From contig CALXYB010000002.1 of assembly GCA_944392835.1 (NCBI GenBank), forward strand, positions 95,917 to 159,916: DNA of 64,000 nucleotides. Reading direction: 5' to 3'. Source of the DNA: an uncultured Alphaproteobacteria bacterium (GTDB lineage: Bacteria; Pseudomonadota; Alphaproteobacteria; RF32; CAG-239). Positions 29,825-39,161 of this stretch are shown one piece after another; within the stretch, counting starts at the first letter, position 1; every line of letters begins with the position of its first letter. The notes below the pieces were generated by a model, which ran no database searches, was not told where the DNA came from, and saw only the letters and a list, made by a program, of their open reading frames with translations. Both the position numbers and the translations under genes were made by a program.

Positions 29825-30406
29825 ATGAAATTAGCAGCTATCACAGGTTCTATCGGTTGCGGAAAAACGACTTTGGCTTCTATGGTCAGACGTTTGGGAT
29901 ATTGTGTTTATGACGTGGATGGCTGGGTTCGCCGTCTCTATTTTAAAAAAGATTTTATTAAAGTTATTGAACAGCATTTTCCGCAAGTGGTTGAAAACGG
30001 AAAGGTTAATAAAAGAGCTTTGCGGAATATTGTGTTTAATGATAATGCGCGTCTTAAGGAATTGGAAGGACTTATTCATCCTTTTTTGCGGCGCTATCTT
30101 AAAAGAGTTATTCATAAACACGCACAAAGCAATGATTTGTTTTTCTTAGATGTTGCTTTGTTGTTTGAAATGAGATGGGATATTTATTGCGATTGCATTA
30201 TTGTTGCCGATGTGGATTATGAAACGCAGAAAAAACGCGTGATGGAGCGTGATAAGATTTCGGCTGAAGATTTTGAAAAGATTAACAACGTACAGTTAAG
30301 CAACAAGGCTAAAGTTTTGTTGGCTGATGTGGTGGTGGATACGGGAAGGCCGCAAAATTTGGTTTTTGCCGATATGGTTAGTATTGTTGATGGATTGGAA
30401 TGCTAA
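29825..30406 (+). CDS. coaE: Dephospho-CoA kinase
   Basis: N-terminal P-loop AITGSIGCGKTT. ATG 29825 is preferred over the tool start at 29792. Confidence 0.9.
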   Translation: MKLAAITGSIGCGKTTLASMVRRLGYCVYDVDGWVRRLYFKKDFIKVIEQHFPQVVENGKVNKRALRNIVFNDNARLKELEGLIHPFLRRYLKRVIHKHAQSNDLFFLDVALLFEMRWDIYCDCIIVADVDYETQKKRVMERDKISAEDFEKINNVQLSNKAKVLLADVVVDTGRPQNLVFADMVSIVDGLEC

Positions 30407-31098
30407 AAATGGTTAGAGAGATTGTTTTTGATACGGAAACAACAGGTTTTAATGCCGAAGAAGGTGAAAGATTGGTTGAAATCGGCGCTGTTGAACTTAT
30501 TAACCATATGCCGACAGGCAAAACTTATCATCAATATATCAACCCTGAAAAAGAAGTTCCAGAAGAAGCTTATAAAGTTCATGGTCTATCTTATGATTTT
30601 TTGAAGGATTTTCCGACTTTTGATAAGGTGGCTGATGAGTGGCTGGAGTTTATCGGAGAAGACAGTATTCTGGTTGCGCATAATGCACAATTTGATATTA
30701 ACTTTGTGAACTATGAACTTAAACAGCTCGGAAAACCAACTCTTTCTTGGGATAGAGTAGTTGATACCCTGGAAATTGCGCGTAATATGTTTCCGGGTGC
30801 CAGAAATAATTTGGATGCTTTGTGTAAGCGTTTCGGGGTTGATAACAGTAGTCGTACAAACCACGGCGCATTGCTTGATGCCGAGTTATTAGCAAAAGTT
30901 TATTTGGAGCTTTTGGGTGGTGAAGAACCGACAATGGGCTTGGAAAGCAAGCAGGAAACTAAGAAAACAGCAACTTTTGAAAGTCATGAGAACAAAACTT
31001 ATCGCGAGCCGCGTTCTTTTCCGCCGACAGAAGAGGAGCTGGAAGCACACAAAACTTTTTTGGAAAAAAAGCTTAAAGATGCCGTTTGGTTGTCTTAA
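30400..31098 (+). CDS. dnaQ: DNA polymerase III epsilon subunit (3'-5' exonuclease)
   Basis: Exo I motif FDTETTG and Exo III motif HGALLDAELLAKVY. Confidence 0.92.
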   Translation: MLKMVREIVFDTETTGFNAEEGERLVEIGAVELINHMPTGKTYHQYINPEKEVPEEAYKVHGLSYDFLKDFPTFDKVADEWLEFIGEDSILVAHNAQFDINFVNYELKQLGKPTLSWDRVVDTLEIARNMFPGARNNLDALCKRFGVDNSSRTNHGALLDAELLAKVYLELLGGEEPTMGLESKQETKKTATFESHENKTYREPRSFPPTEEELEAHKTFLEKKLKDAVWLS

Positions 31099-31187
31099 TA
31101 CTTATTTGCTTCTAAAATAAAAAGCTAAGGAAACTATAAGAATTTCCAATATGATGAAGCATATGGTGCTTGCATTTAATTCCATAA

Positions 31188-31955
31188 CTATACCTTATGC
31201 GGGAGTTTGGCATAAATAAAATCACTCAGGCAGTTGGGCAAAATAGACATTAACCAGGTTGCCAAGCGCATCGGCCATGGGAAAGCTATTAAGCCGACAT
31301 TATTTTCCACTCTGTCCGCAATGATTTTTGCCGCATTTTCTGCTGACATAAAGAAAGGCATCGGGCAAGTGTTTTTGTCGGTTATGCATGATTTTACAAA
31401 ACCCGGGCAGACGACATTAACCTGAATGTTGTATGGTTTGAGGTCTGAACGCAAAGCCTCCCCATAAGCTTTGACGCAAGCTTTGCTGGCGCTGTATGAC
31501 GGGCAAGAAGGCAAGCCGTGATAACCGGCAATGGAAGACATTATGACCAGAGTTTTGTTTTTGTCTTTGCGGTTTTTATATATCTCCATAGCGGGTATGA
31601 TTGTGTTTAATACGCCAAAAACATTGGTGTTGAAAGTATTGTAAATATTTTCGGGGATTTCTTGCAAGGTGGCTACGCCGGCATTGGCATAAACAAGGTT
31701 TAAAGGCGCAATGTCTTCGCATTCTTGTATCCAATTTTTAGTTGCTTCTTTATCCGTTACATCTAAAATTTTGGCATAAACCTTCACATTATATCTTTCG
31801 CAAGCTTTTTGTACGGCTTCTAGGCGTTTGGGGTTGCGACCGGAGATGAATAAGTTTGCTGCCTTTTCTGTTATGGCATAATGTCTGGCAAGAGCTTCTC
31901 CAATGCCTGAAGATGCGCCGGTGATGAGAATATTTTGTTTCTTTTTGGTCGTCAT
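31188..31955 (-). CDS. Short-chain dehydrogenase/reductase (SDR) family oxidoreductase
   Basis: TGASSGIG Rossmann motif and a YxxxK catalytic pair (YSASK). Confidence 0.85.
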   Translation of the reverse strand: MTTKKKQNILITGASSGIGEALARHYAITEKAANLFISGRNPKRLEAVQKACERYNVKVYAKILDVTDKEATKNWIQECEDIAPLNLVYANAGVATLQEIPENIYNTFNTNVFGVLNTIIPAMEIYKNRKDKNKTLVIMSSIAGYHGLPSCPSYSASKACVKAYGEALRSDLKPYNIQVNVVCPGFVKSCITDKNTCPMPFFMSAENAAKIIADRVENNVGLIAFPWPMRLATWLMSILPNCLSDFIYAKLPHKV

Positions 31956-32035
31956 TTTGTCCCCGAATGGTAAATTATTATTAAGTATTTATATATATAT
32001 ACTAAAGTTAAATTTAGGTAAAAAGGAGAGAGTTC

Positions 32036-32941
32036 GTGTCTGTTTCAAGTATGACCGGTTTTGCCAGAGAAAACGGAACAACGATTTTTGATGATAATAA
32101 GCGTTGTTCATGGTTTTTTGAGCTCAAAAGCGTGAACGGAAAATCTTTGGATGTTAAGACTAAGTTGCCTTCTTATGTGGATGGCTTGTCTATGTTCGTT
32201 AAAAATGAAGCGGCAAATTATTTTGCCAGAGGAAGTTTGAGTGTTTATTTGGAAGTTGATTTTGATAAAAATAACGAGATTGTATTTAATGAAGAATTGT
32301 TAAAACAACTTGTTGAAAAAGCTATCAAAATCTATGAAGAAAACAGTGATAAACTCTCTAAACCTTCGGTTAGCGAGATGCTTGCACTTAAAGGTGTTGC
32401 CGAAGTTGCCGATAATGTATTAAACGAAGATGAAACAGCTTTGTTAATCAATGATTTGCAAAAGGGTTTTCAGAAGGCTTGTGATGCCTTATTGTTGGCG
32501 CGCCAAGCCGAAGGTGAAAAAATATGTTTGGCTTTAAAAGATATTTTGAATAAAATTTCCGTGAATGTGAGCAAAATTGAACAAAAGTCCGAGACTTTGC
32601 CTCAGATGTTGAAAGAAAGGTTGATGGTGCAGATTAAGGAATTGTTGGGCTCGGAAGTTCAGGTTTCGGAAGACAGATTGGCGCAAGAAGTTTGTTTGTA
32701 TGTGGCCAGGGCTGATATCAGAGAAGAGATTGACCGCCTGAAAGCACATATTCAAACAGCTTTCAAATTGTTGGATTCCGGAGAGGCTGTCGGCAGAAGA
32801 TTAGACTTTTTGTGTCAGGAACTCAACAGAGAAGCAAACACAATTTGTTCAAAGTCTTGCGATATTGAGATAACTAATTTGGGTATGGAACTGAAAACAC
32901 TAATTGAGCAGTTTCGCGAACAAGTGCAAAATATGGAGTAA
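32036..32941 (+). CDS. yicC: YicC-family stress-induced protein
   Basis: N-terminal MTGFAR motif. Length and synteny immediately upstream of gmk match the E. coli yicC arrangement. Confidence 0.85.
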   Translation: MSVSSMTGFARENGTTIFDDNKRCSWFFELKSVNGKSLDVKTKLPSYVDGLSMFVKNEAANYFARGSLSVYLEVDFDKNNEIVFNEELLKQLVEKAIKIYEENSDKLSKPSVSEMLALKGVAEVADNVLNEDETALLINDLQKGFQKACDALLLARQAEGEKICLALKDILNKISVNVSKIEQKSETLPQMLKERLMVQIKELLGSEVQVSEDRLAQEVCLYVARADIREEIDRLKAHIQTAFKLLDSGEAVGRRLDFLCQELNREANTICSKSCDIEITNLGMELKTLIEQFREQVQNME

Positions 32942-32947
32942 AAATCA

Positions 32948-33610
32948 ATGGATGAGATTATTAACAGACTGAAAAAAGTTCGCCGCGGTGCAATGTTTAT
33001 TATTGAAGCCCCTTCAGGAACAGGCAAAAGCGCCGTTGTTAAAGAGATTTTGAAAAGAGACAGCAATATCAAATTTTCGGTTTCGGTTACAACACGTAAG
33101 CCGCGTGAAAATGAGGTTGACGGTGTGGATTATTACTTTGTTACCAATGAACAATATGATGAATTTTTGGCTCAAGATGCTTTTTATGAACATGTGGAAT
33201 CGCAATATGGCGACCGTTATGGAACGCTTCGTTCAGAAGTGGACAGCTTTATTAATATCGGCCAAGATGTTATTTTTGATATGGATTGGGCCGGAGCAAG
33301 ACAAATGCGTAAAAAAGCCGGTTCTGATGTTGTTTCCATTTATTTATTACCCCCGTCTATTAAGGAATTGCGTCGTCGTTTGGAAAGCCGAGGAACAGAT
33401 ACTCCTGAGGTTATCAATAAAAGAATGAATATTATTATGGATAAAATCAGTCATTGGGATGAGTTTGATTATGTGATTGTTAATGTTAATTTGGAAGAAA
33501 CGATTACAAAAGTACAAAAGATTATTTCCGGTGAAAGAATGAAACGTGTTCGTCAGGTTGGTTTGACAGATTTTGTTCATGAGCTGATTAAGGAAGCTGA
33601 AAATGGTTGA
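32948..33610 (+). CDS. gmk: Guanylate kinase
   Basis: P-loop PSGTGKS and TTRKPR motif. Confidence 0.93.
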   Translation: MDEIINRLKKVRRGAMFIIEAPSGTGKSAVVKEILKRDSNIKFSVSVTTRKPRENEVDGVDYYFVTNEQYDEFLAQDAFYEHVESQYGDRYGTLRSEVDSFINIGQDVIFDMDWAGARQMRKKAGSDVVSIYLLPPSIKELRRRLESRGTDTPEVINKRMNIIMDKISHWDEFDYVIVNVNLEETITKVQKIISGERMKRVRQVGLTDFVHELIKEAENG

Positions 33611-34103
33611 GGTCTTTTTTGATCGCAGAGGAAAAGAAAAGTTTGCCGATGATGTTATCCCCGTTGAGCAAAAAGGCTTTTTTGCTGTTTTGCTCAAGGA
33701 TAACAAAGTGTTGGTTACTTATCCGCCTCAAGTGAATGTGCCTGAGTTTCCGGGCGGGGCTGTCAGCCGAAAAGAAGATTTCAGAAGCTGTTTGTTTCGG
33801 AAACTTTTTGAGGAAACCGGTATTGAGTTTATGCTTGATAACGGTATCAGACAATATGAGCAAGATGTTAACTATTTCGCGGAAGATGCCAGACCTTTCG
33901 GGGAGTTTTGCCGTTATAATATGACTTTTATTGTTTATGATGCTTCTTCTTTTGGGTTTGATACCAAAAAGAAAGAGTGGAAAACACCCGAAAACGGAAG
34001 AGCTGCTTGGGTTGATATTAAAGAGATTTTCAAAGGAAAAATTAAGATAAATTATGCGCATTGGCTGGCTTTTCAGCAGCTTTTTGCTGAAGAATGCAAA
34101 TAG
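33603..34103 (+). CDS. NUDIX hydrolase
   Basis: Nudix box GGAVSRKEDFRSCLFRKLFEETGIEF. Confidence 0.75.
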   Translation: MVEVFFDRRGKEKFADDVIPVEQKGFFAVLLKDNKVLVTYPPQVNVPEFPGGAVSRKEDFRSCLFRKLFEETGIEFMLDNGIRQYEQDVNYFAEDARPFGEFCRYNMTFIVYDASSFGFDTKKKEWKTPENGRAAWVDIKEIFKGKIKINYAHWLAFQQLFAEECK

Positions 34104-34673
34104 TTAGTTGGAAAGGGTTGTCAAGCTGTTGCGTTGTTCGCGGGTCATGGCTTTGTAGACTTGAGCCGCATTGTTGTTTGCGCCGGGAACTTTTAGCGAA
34201 GAAGCTTTTTGATATAAATAGAAGGCTTTTACCAGGTCTTGTTTGATGCCAATGCCGCGAGCATTCATCCAGGCATAGATTTCTACAGCATCGGCTTCAT
34301 TGTTATTGACATGTTTTTGTAATTCTTCCAGGTCAACAGGCGTTATTTGATTGTTTTTGATGGCTTTTAACGTATTTTGCCATTTTTCCTGAGCGGCTTT
34401 GAGCTCTGCTTCTCTTTTGGCTCTTTGGCTCTCCAAACTTACGGCTTTGATGTCTAAGGGCTTGGTTTCTTCCGGTGGGGTGATTTTTTTTGAGCTTTCT
34501 TCATCTAAAACAAAATCGGGAGCATAGCGGTTTTTGACAAACATAGGTAAATATCCGCTATTGTCCGAACGAACCAAATCGCGGTAAATTTCATCTAAGC
34601 TGGTAGCTTGCACAGGCAAGGCATAAAACAGCGATGCAAAAATAACAAAGAACAGTGTTTTTTTTGTTTTCAT
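34104..34673 (-). CDS. Secreted Sel1/TPR-like repeat protein
   Basis: Signal peptide, a coiled-coil segment and one Sel1-like repeat (AWMNARGIGIKQDLVKAFYLYQKAS). Confidence 0.55.
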   Translation of the reverse strand: MKTKKTLFFVIFASLFYALPVQATSLDEIYRDLVRSDNSGYLPMFVKNRYAPDFVLDEESSKKITPPEETKPLDIKAVSLESQRAKREAELKAAQEKWQNTLKAIKNNQITPVDLEELQKHVNNNEADAVEIYAWMNARGIGIKQDLVKAFYLYQKASSLKVPGANNNAAQVYKAMTREQRNSLTTLSN

Positions 34674-34772
34674 TTCTTTATTTTTAATAAATTATCATTA
34701 TGCTTATACTACTTAAGACCCGCTCTTATGAAAAGGATATTTTAGGGTTTATGAACAAATTAGAGGCGCAAA

Positions 34773-35702
34773 ATGCAAAAGATTTATAATTCAGTTACCG
34801 AAATGGTCGGAAGAACACCTTTACTCAGACTTCATCGTTTGGAAAAACATTTTAAAATTAAGGCTCATCTTTTAGCTAAATGTGAGTTTTATAATCCGGT
34901 ATTTTCCATTAAAGACAGAGTTGCTTTGAAGATGATAGAAAAAGCCGAAGAAACGCAAAAGATTGGTGAAGATACGGTCTTTGTGGAGGCAACCTCAGGT
35001 AATACGGGTATCGGTTTGGCTGCGATTTGTGCCGCAAAGGGATATAAACTGGTGATTATTATGCCGGAAAATATGTCTAAGGAAAGGATTTCGCTTATTA
35101 AACTTTTTGGGGCAGAAGTTATTTTGACACCGGCTGAAGAAGGGATGACCGGCTCTATCAACAAAGCAGATATTTTGGCAGAGAAAAATAAAAATGTTAT
35201 TTTGCTGAGGCAATTTGATAACGAGGCAAACCCAGATGCGCATAAGTTTGGCACAAGTCTTGAGATTCTGGAAGATACGGGCGGCGAAGTTGATTGTTTG
35301 GTCAGTGCAATCGGAACAGCCGGAACAATCAACGGAATTGCTTCTGCTTTGCGAACAAATAATCCTGACTTATATGTGGTTGGTGTTGAGCCGGCGGCTA
35401 GTCCGGTTTTGAATGGGGGAAAGGCCGGTCCGCACAAAATTTATGGTATCGGGGCCGGTTTTGTGCCAAAGTTTTATGATGAAAAACTGGTTAATGAAGT
35501 GTTGGATATTAAAGATGCGGAAGCCGTGGATATGGCTAAGATGGTTGCCAAAACTGATGGCTTGGCGGTCGGAATTTCGGCCGGAGCGGCTTTGGCAGCG
35601 GCGGTTAAGGTTGCGGAGCGCGAGGAAATGAAAGGCAAAAATATTGTGGTTATTTTGCCGGATGCAACCGAAAGATATTTGTCTACGGGGCTGTTTGATT
35701 AA
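34773..35702 (+). CDS. cysK: Cysteine synthase A (O-acetylserine sulfhydrylase)
   Basis: PLP-lysine motif SIKDR and TSGNTG, followed by a glycine-rich loop. Confidence 0.92.
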   Translation: MQKIYNSVTEMVGRTPLLRLHRLEKHFKIKAHLLAKCEFYNPVFSIKDRVALKMIEKAEETQKIGEDTVFVEATSGNTGIGLAAICAAKGYKLVIIMPENMSKERISLIKLFGAEVILTPAEEGMTGSINKADILAEKNKNVILLRQFDNEANPDAHKFGTSLEILEDTGGEVDCLVSAIGTAGTINGIASALRTNNPDLYVVGVEPAASPVLNGGKAGPHKIYGIGAGFVPKFYDEKLVNEVLDIKDAEAVDMAKMVAKTDGLAVGISAGAALAAAVKVAEREEMKGKNIVVILPDATERYLSTGLFD

Positions 35703-35721
35703 AGTTTGAGGATTGTTTTTG

Positions 35722-36654
35722 ATGATTTTTAATAAAATTGTGATTGTCGGAATTGGTCTTATCGGCTCTTCTTTGGCACGCGTGATTATGAAAAACAAAC
35801 TTGCCGAAAAACTTTGGGCTTATGATAATAACCCAAATTATTTGGCAGAAGCAAAAGAGCTCGGTATTGTGGATGAGGTTTCCTCTGGCCTTGCAACTGC
35901 TGTTAAAGAGGCTGATTTGGTGGTTTATGCTACACCTGTAGGTGCTTATGGCGAGATTACGCGGCAAATTGCGCCTTATTTGAAAAAAGGTGCGATTATT
36001 ACGGATGTCGGTTCTATTAAGAAATATGCCATTGACGAGATTGAAAAAAATCTGCCGGAAGGCGCTGATATTATCGTTGTTCCGGGGCATCCGGTCGCAG
36101 GTACGGAAAAATCCGGTCCGGCAAATGGTTTTGATACTTTGTTTGAAGGGCGTTGGTATATTGTTACGCCATGCAAACATTCAACTCAAGAGGCTATAGA
36201 TAAGGTTTCGGCTCTGTGGGCTGCGGCTAAGATGAAGGTTGATTCCATGTCGCCGGAACATCATGATAAGGTTATGGCGGCGGTTTCTCATCTGCCTCAC
36301 TTGATTGCCTTTTCTATTGTGGGGACGGTTTCTGATTTGGAAGGTTATGAAAAACAGGAAATTATTAAATATTCAGCTTCCGGTTTTCGTGATTTTACAC
36401 GAATTGCAGGCTCTGACCCAACAATGTGGCGCGATGTGTTTTTAAATAATAAAGATACCATTCTTGAGCTTATTCAGCGTTTTGTTGAAGACCTGATTGC
36501 TTTGGAGCGAAATATTCGCTGGGGTGAGGGAGACAAGCTGTTTGAGCTGTTTTCCAGAACACAAAAAATCCGTAAAGAAGTTATTGAGGCAAAACAAGAA
36601 CAGCCCGAGCACGAAAAACGCTTGTTGGCAGAAATTAACAGGCTTGAAAAATAA
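35722..36654 (+). CDS. tyrC: Prephenate/cyclohexadienyl dehydrogenase
   Basis: Rossmann motif VGIGLIGSS in a TyrA-family body. The tool start at 35713 is TTG; ATG 35722 is more likely. Confidence 0.88.
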   Translation: MIFNKIVIVGIGLIGSSLARVIMKNKLAEKLWAYDNNPNYLAEAKELGIVDEVSSGLATAVKEADLVVYATPVGAYGEITRQIAPYLKKGAIITDVGSIKKYAIDEIEKNLPEGADIIVVPGHPVAGTEKSGPANGFDTLFEGRWYIVTPCKHSTQEAIDKVSALWAAAKMKVDSMSPEHHDKVMAAVSHLPHLIAFSIVGTVSDLEGYEKQEIIKYSASGFRDFTRIAGSDPTMWRDVFLNNKDTILELIQRFVEDLIALERNIRWGEGDKLFELFSRTQKIRKEVIEAKQEQPEHEKRLLAEINRLEK

Positions 36655-36703
36655 GAATATATTTTATATTCTGACGGCAAAATTGACTACAGAAGTATAG
36701 CAG

Positions 36704-37810
36704 ATGAAACCTAATTCTATTCTTGGCAAATATTTAACAAAACAGATTATCGTTAACTTTTTGGCAGTGTTGCTCATGGTTATGGGTATTGTGCTGATGT
36801 TTGAGGTTATTGAGCTGTTGCGCCGTACTTCTGATAGGCCGGATGTTGATGCTTGGTTTATTATGCAGATGGCAATCACAAAACTTCCCAGAACACTTGA
36901 AATGGTTTTTCCTTTTGTGATGATGATTGCGGCGATGATTTCGTTTTGGCGGCTGAGCAAAAGCAACGAATTTGTTATTATTCGGGCGGCCGGTGTTTCT
37001 ATTTGGGGATTTTTGGCTCCGGTTTTGTTTGCGGTTTTTGTGGTCGGAGTTTTGAATATTACGGTTGTTAATCCGATTTCGGCAAAAATGTATGAAGCTT
37101 ATGAGACCTTGAATTATCGTTTTAAAACTAAAAATCCTGAAGCTGTATTGTTTTCTGATAAAGGTTTGTGGATTAGGGAAGCTATTGATAATGAAAAGTT
37201 TTTGGTCTTGCAGGCGAAATCTTTGCGCCAGGAGGGCAAAAACCTTTTATTGCGTGAAATTGATATTTTGGAAATGGATAGAGATTCACAGATTTTGCGC
37301 CGCGTTCAGGCTTTTGCAGCCATTTTGGAAAATGATGAATTTGAGCTTAAGGATGTGAAGGTCTTTGAGGCCGGAAAACCGACGCTTAATCTGAATAATG
37401 TGTCTTATAAAACAACTTTGACCGTGGATAGAATCAAGGAAAACTTTATTGACCCTGAAGCTATATCTTTTTGGAATTTGCCGGCAACGATTAAGTTTTA
37501 TGAAATGTCCGGTTTCTCGGCTTTGCGGCATCATATGCGTTTTTTGACGTTGTTGGCTTCTCCTTTTATGCTTTGCGCCATGGTTTTGGTGGCAGCTGTT
37601 TTTGCTTTGCGCCCCAACAACAGACGCGGCGGTGTGATGTTTTTGATTGTGGGTGGTATTGCAACGGGTTTTATTGTTTATTTTATGTCGCAAGTTATTT
37701 ATGCTTTCGGTATTAACGGGTATATTCCTGAGTTTTTTGCCGCTTGGACACCGGCTTTGATTGCGATGCTTATCAGTGTTTCCATTTTGCTCCATTTGGA
37801 AGATGGCTAA
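36704..37810 (+). CDS. LPS export ABC permease LptF/LptG family (YjgP/YjgQ)
   Basis: 368 aa with 3+3 TM helices around a periplasmic beta-jellyroll insert. Confidence 0.85.
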   Translation: MKPNSILGKYLTKQIIVNFLAVLLMVMGIVLMFEVIELLRRTSDRPDVDAWFIMQMAITKLPRTLEMVFPFVMMIAAMISFWRLSKSNEFVIIRAAGVSIWGFLAPVLFAVFVVGVLNITVVNPISAKMYEAYETLNYRFKTKNPEAVLFSDKGLWIREAIDNEKFLVLQAKSLRQEGKNLLLREIDILEMDRDSQILRRVQAFAAILENDEFELKDVKVFEAGKPTLNLNNVSYKTTLTVDRIKENFIDPEAISFWNLPATIKFYEMSGFSALRHHMRFLTLLASPFMLCAMVLVAAVFALRPNNRRGGVMFLIVGGIATGFIVYFMSQVIYAFGINGYIPEFFAAWTPALIAMLISVSILLHLEDG

Positions 37811-38443
37811 ATGTCTTGGCGCGAAAAAATCGCAGATATAGATATTTATGTGAGCTCGTTGTTTTATGACAACGGGCATTTTGTGTTTGATGAAAATATT
37901 TTGGGCAACCTTATCAGAAAAGGTATTCCGGAACTAATTGTTTTTTCTGCGGTATTGATTTTTTTTGCATGGCTTTGGGGAAAGAGGAAGCATAAGGTTT
38001 TTGCCGGAATTGATGATAAGGTTATGCTCTTGACCTCGGGGACAATGTTCTTGGGGCCGATTTTGATTGTAAACGGGATTTTTAAGTCTTTTTGGGGAAG
38101 AGCCAGACCGCAAGATATTTTACAATTTGGCGGTGATAAGCTTTTTAGTTTGCCGTTGGAAATTTCTGACCAATGTGTCTGGGATTGTTCTTTTATGTCT
38201 GGGCATACGGCGGTTGCTTTTTGGCTTGTTGCGCTGGCGTTGTTGGCTCCGAAAAAGTATAAACCATTGACTATAGGGGCGGCGCTTGCATTTGGTTGTC
38301 TTACCGCGGTGTTTAGAATCGGGCAAGGCGCGCATTTTTTGACCGATGTTTTGTTTTCGGCGGTCTTAATGCTTGTTTTGATATGGTTTGTTTATCGTCG
38401 CTTGTTTTTATTTGATGCAAACATCCGGCGCACGAAGATATAG
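37811..38443 (+). CDS. PAP2-family phosphatase (lipid A / undecaprenyl-PP phosphatase-like)
   Basis: PAP2 motifs KxxxxxxRP (KSFWGRARP), SGH (MSGHTA) and RxxxxxHxxxD (RIGQGAHFLTD). The ATG immediately follows the lptF/G stop. Confidence 0.8.
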   Translation: MSWREKIADIDIYVSSLFYDNGHFVFDENILGNLIRKGIPELIVFSAVLIFFAWLWGKRKHKVFAGIDDKVMLLTSGTMFLGPILIVNGIFKSFWGRARPQDILQFGGDKLFSLPLEISDQCVWDCSFMSGHTAVAFWLVALALLAPKKYKPLTIGAALAFGCLTAVFRIGQGAHFLTDVLFSAVLMLVLIWFVYRRLFLFDANIRRTKI

Positions 38444-39064
38444 CGGTTTGGGAAAGTCAAAAATCTTGTTTTGATATTTGTGTATTCCGCAAGCGGCCAA
38501 GTCTTCTATCGGCGGACAGTTGAGCATTTTGATAACATGGAGGCTTAAACCACTCGGTTTGTTTAAAAATCTCTCCACACCGTCGCCAACCAAAGTGATT
38601 TTTGGGCCACGCAATTGGTTGATTATTTCTTCATAAGTGCCGGCAGAAGGTTCGGTGATTTTTTTCTTTTTATCATCAAAAAGCTGGTAATAAAAATCTT
38701 CACGCTTGGTTTCAATGATAACGGCGTTAATCGTGGCAACTTCATCCGGCTGGAGACCGTGAACATAAGCCTCAAAAGCTGAAACGCCAATGACTTTTGT
38801 GTTTGGACAAGCTAAGCCGAAAGCTCTGGCTGCAGAAATTGATGAACGAACACCGGTAAAAGAACCCGGACCGGTGCAAACAACTGCTAAGTCTAAATCT
38901 TTGAATTGGAGATTTTCGGATTCCAACGTATTGCGGATTTCGGGAATGAGAACTTCTGCTTGTCCGAAGTCCATTTCCTCTTGAAAGGAGTCAACCGTGC
39001 GACCGTCTTTGCTTAACAGGATAGAAACGCCGTTGGCGGTGGTATCAAAAGCCAAAGTATACAT
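38408..39064 (-). CDS. tsaB: tRNA threonylcarbamoyladenosine biosynthesis protein TsaB
   Basis: N-terminal LAFDTT motif. The ATG is 9 nt inside the tool's GTG start. Confidence 0.85.
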   Translation of the reverse strand: MYTLAFDTTANGVSILLSKDGRTVDSFQEEMDFGQAEVLIPEIRNTLESENLQFKDLDLAVVCTGPGSFTGVRSSISAARAFGLACPNTKVIGVSAFEAYVHGLQPDEVATINAVIIETKREDFYYQLFDDKKKKITEPSAGTYEEIINQLRGPKITLVGDGVERFLNKPSGLSLHVIKMLNCPPIEDLAACGIHKYQNKIFDFPKPLYLRAPDVCIK

Positions 39065-39161
39065 TTTATTCACTTGCCTTACATTTTTGAGTTTTACTAA
39101 TTGTTTTTATATTATAGATTATAGAAACAGACAATAATTTTAATAAAAAATCAGAAAATTT

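Noticed and set aside
31991-32003. (TA)n simple repeats at 31991-32003 and 59480-59494
   Set aside because: These are short low-complexity runs in AT-rich promoter regions with no evidence of function beyond possible promoter UP-element character.
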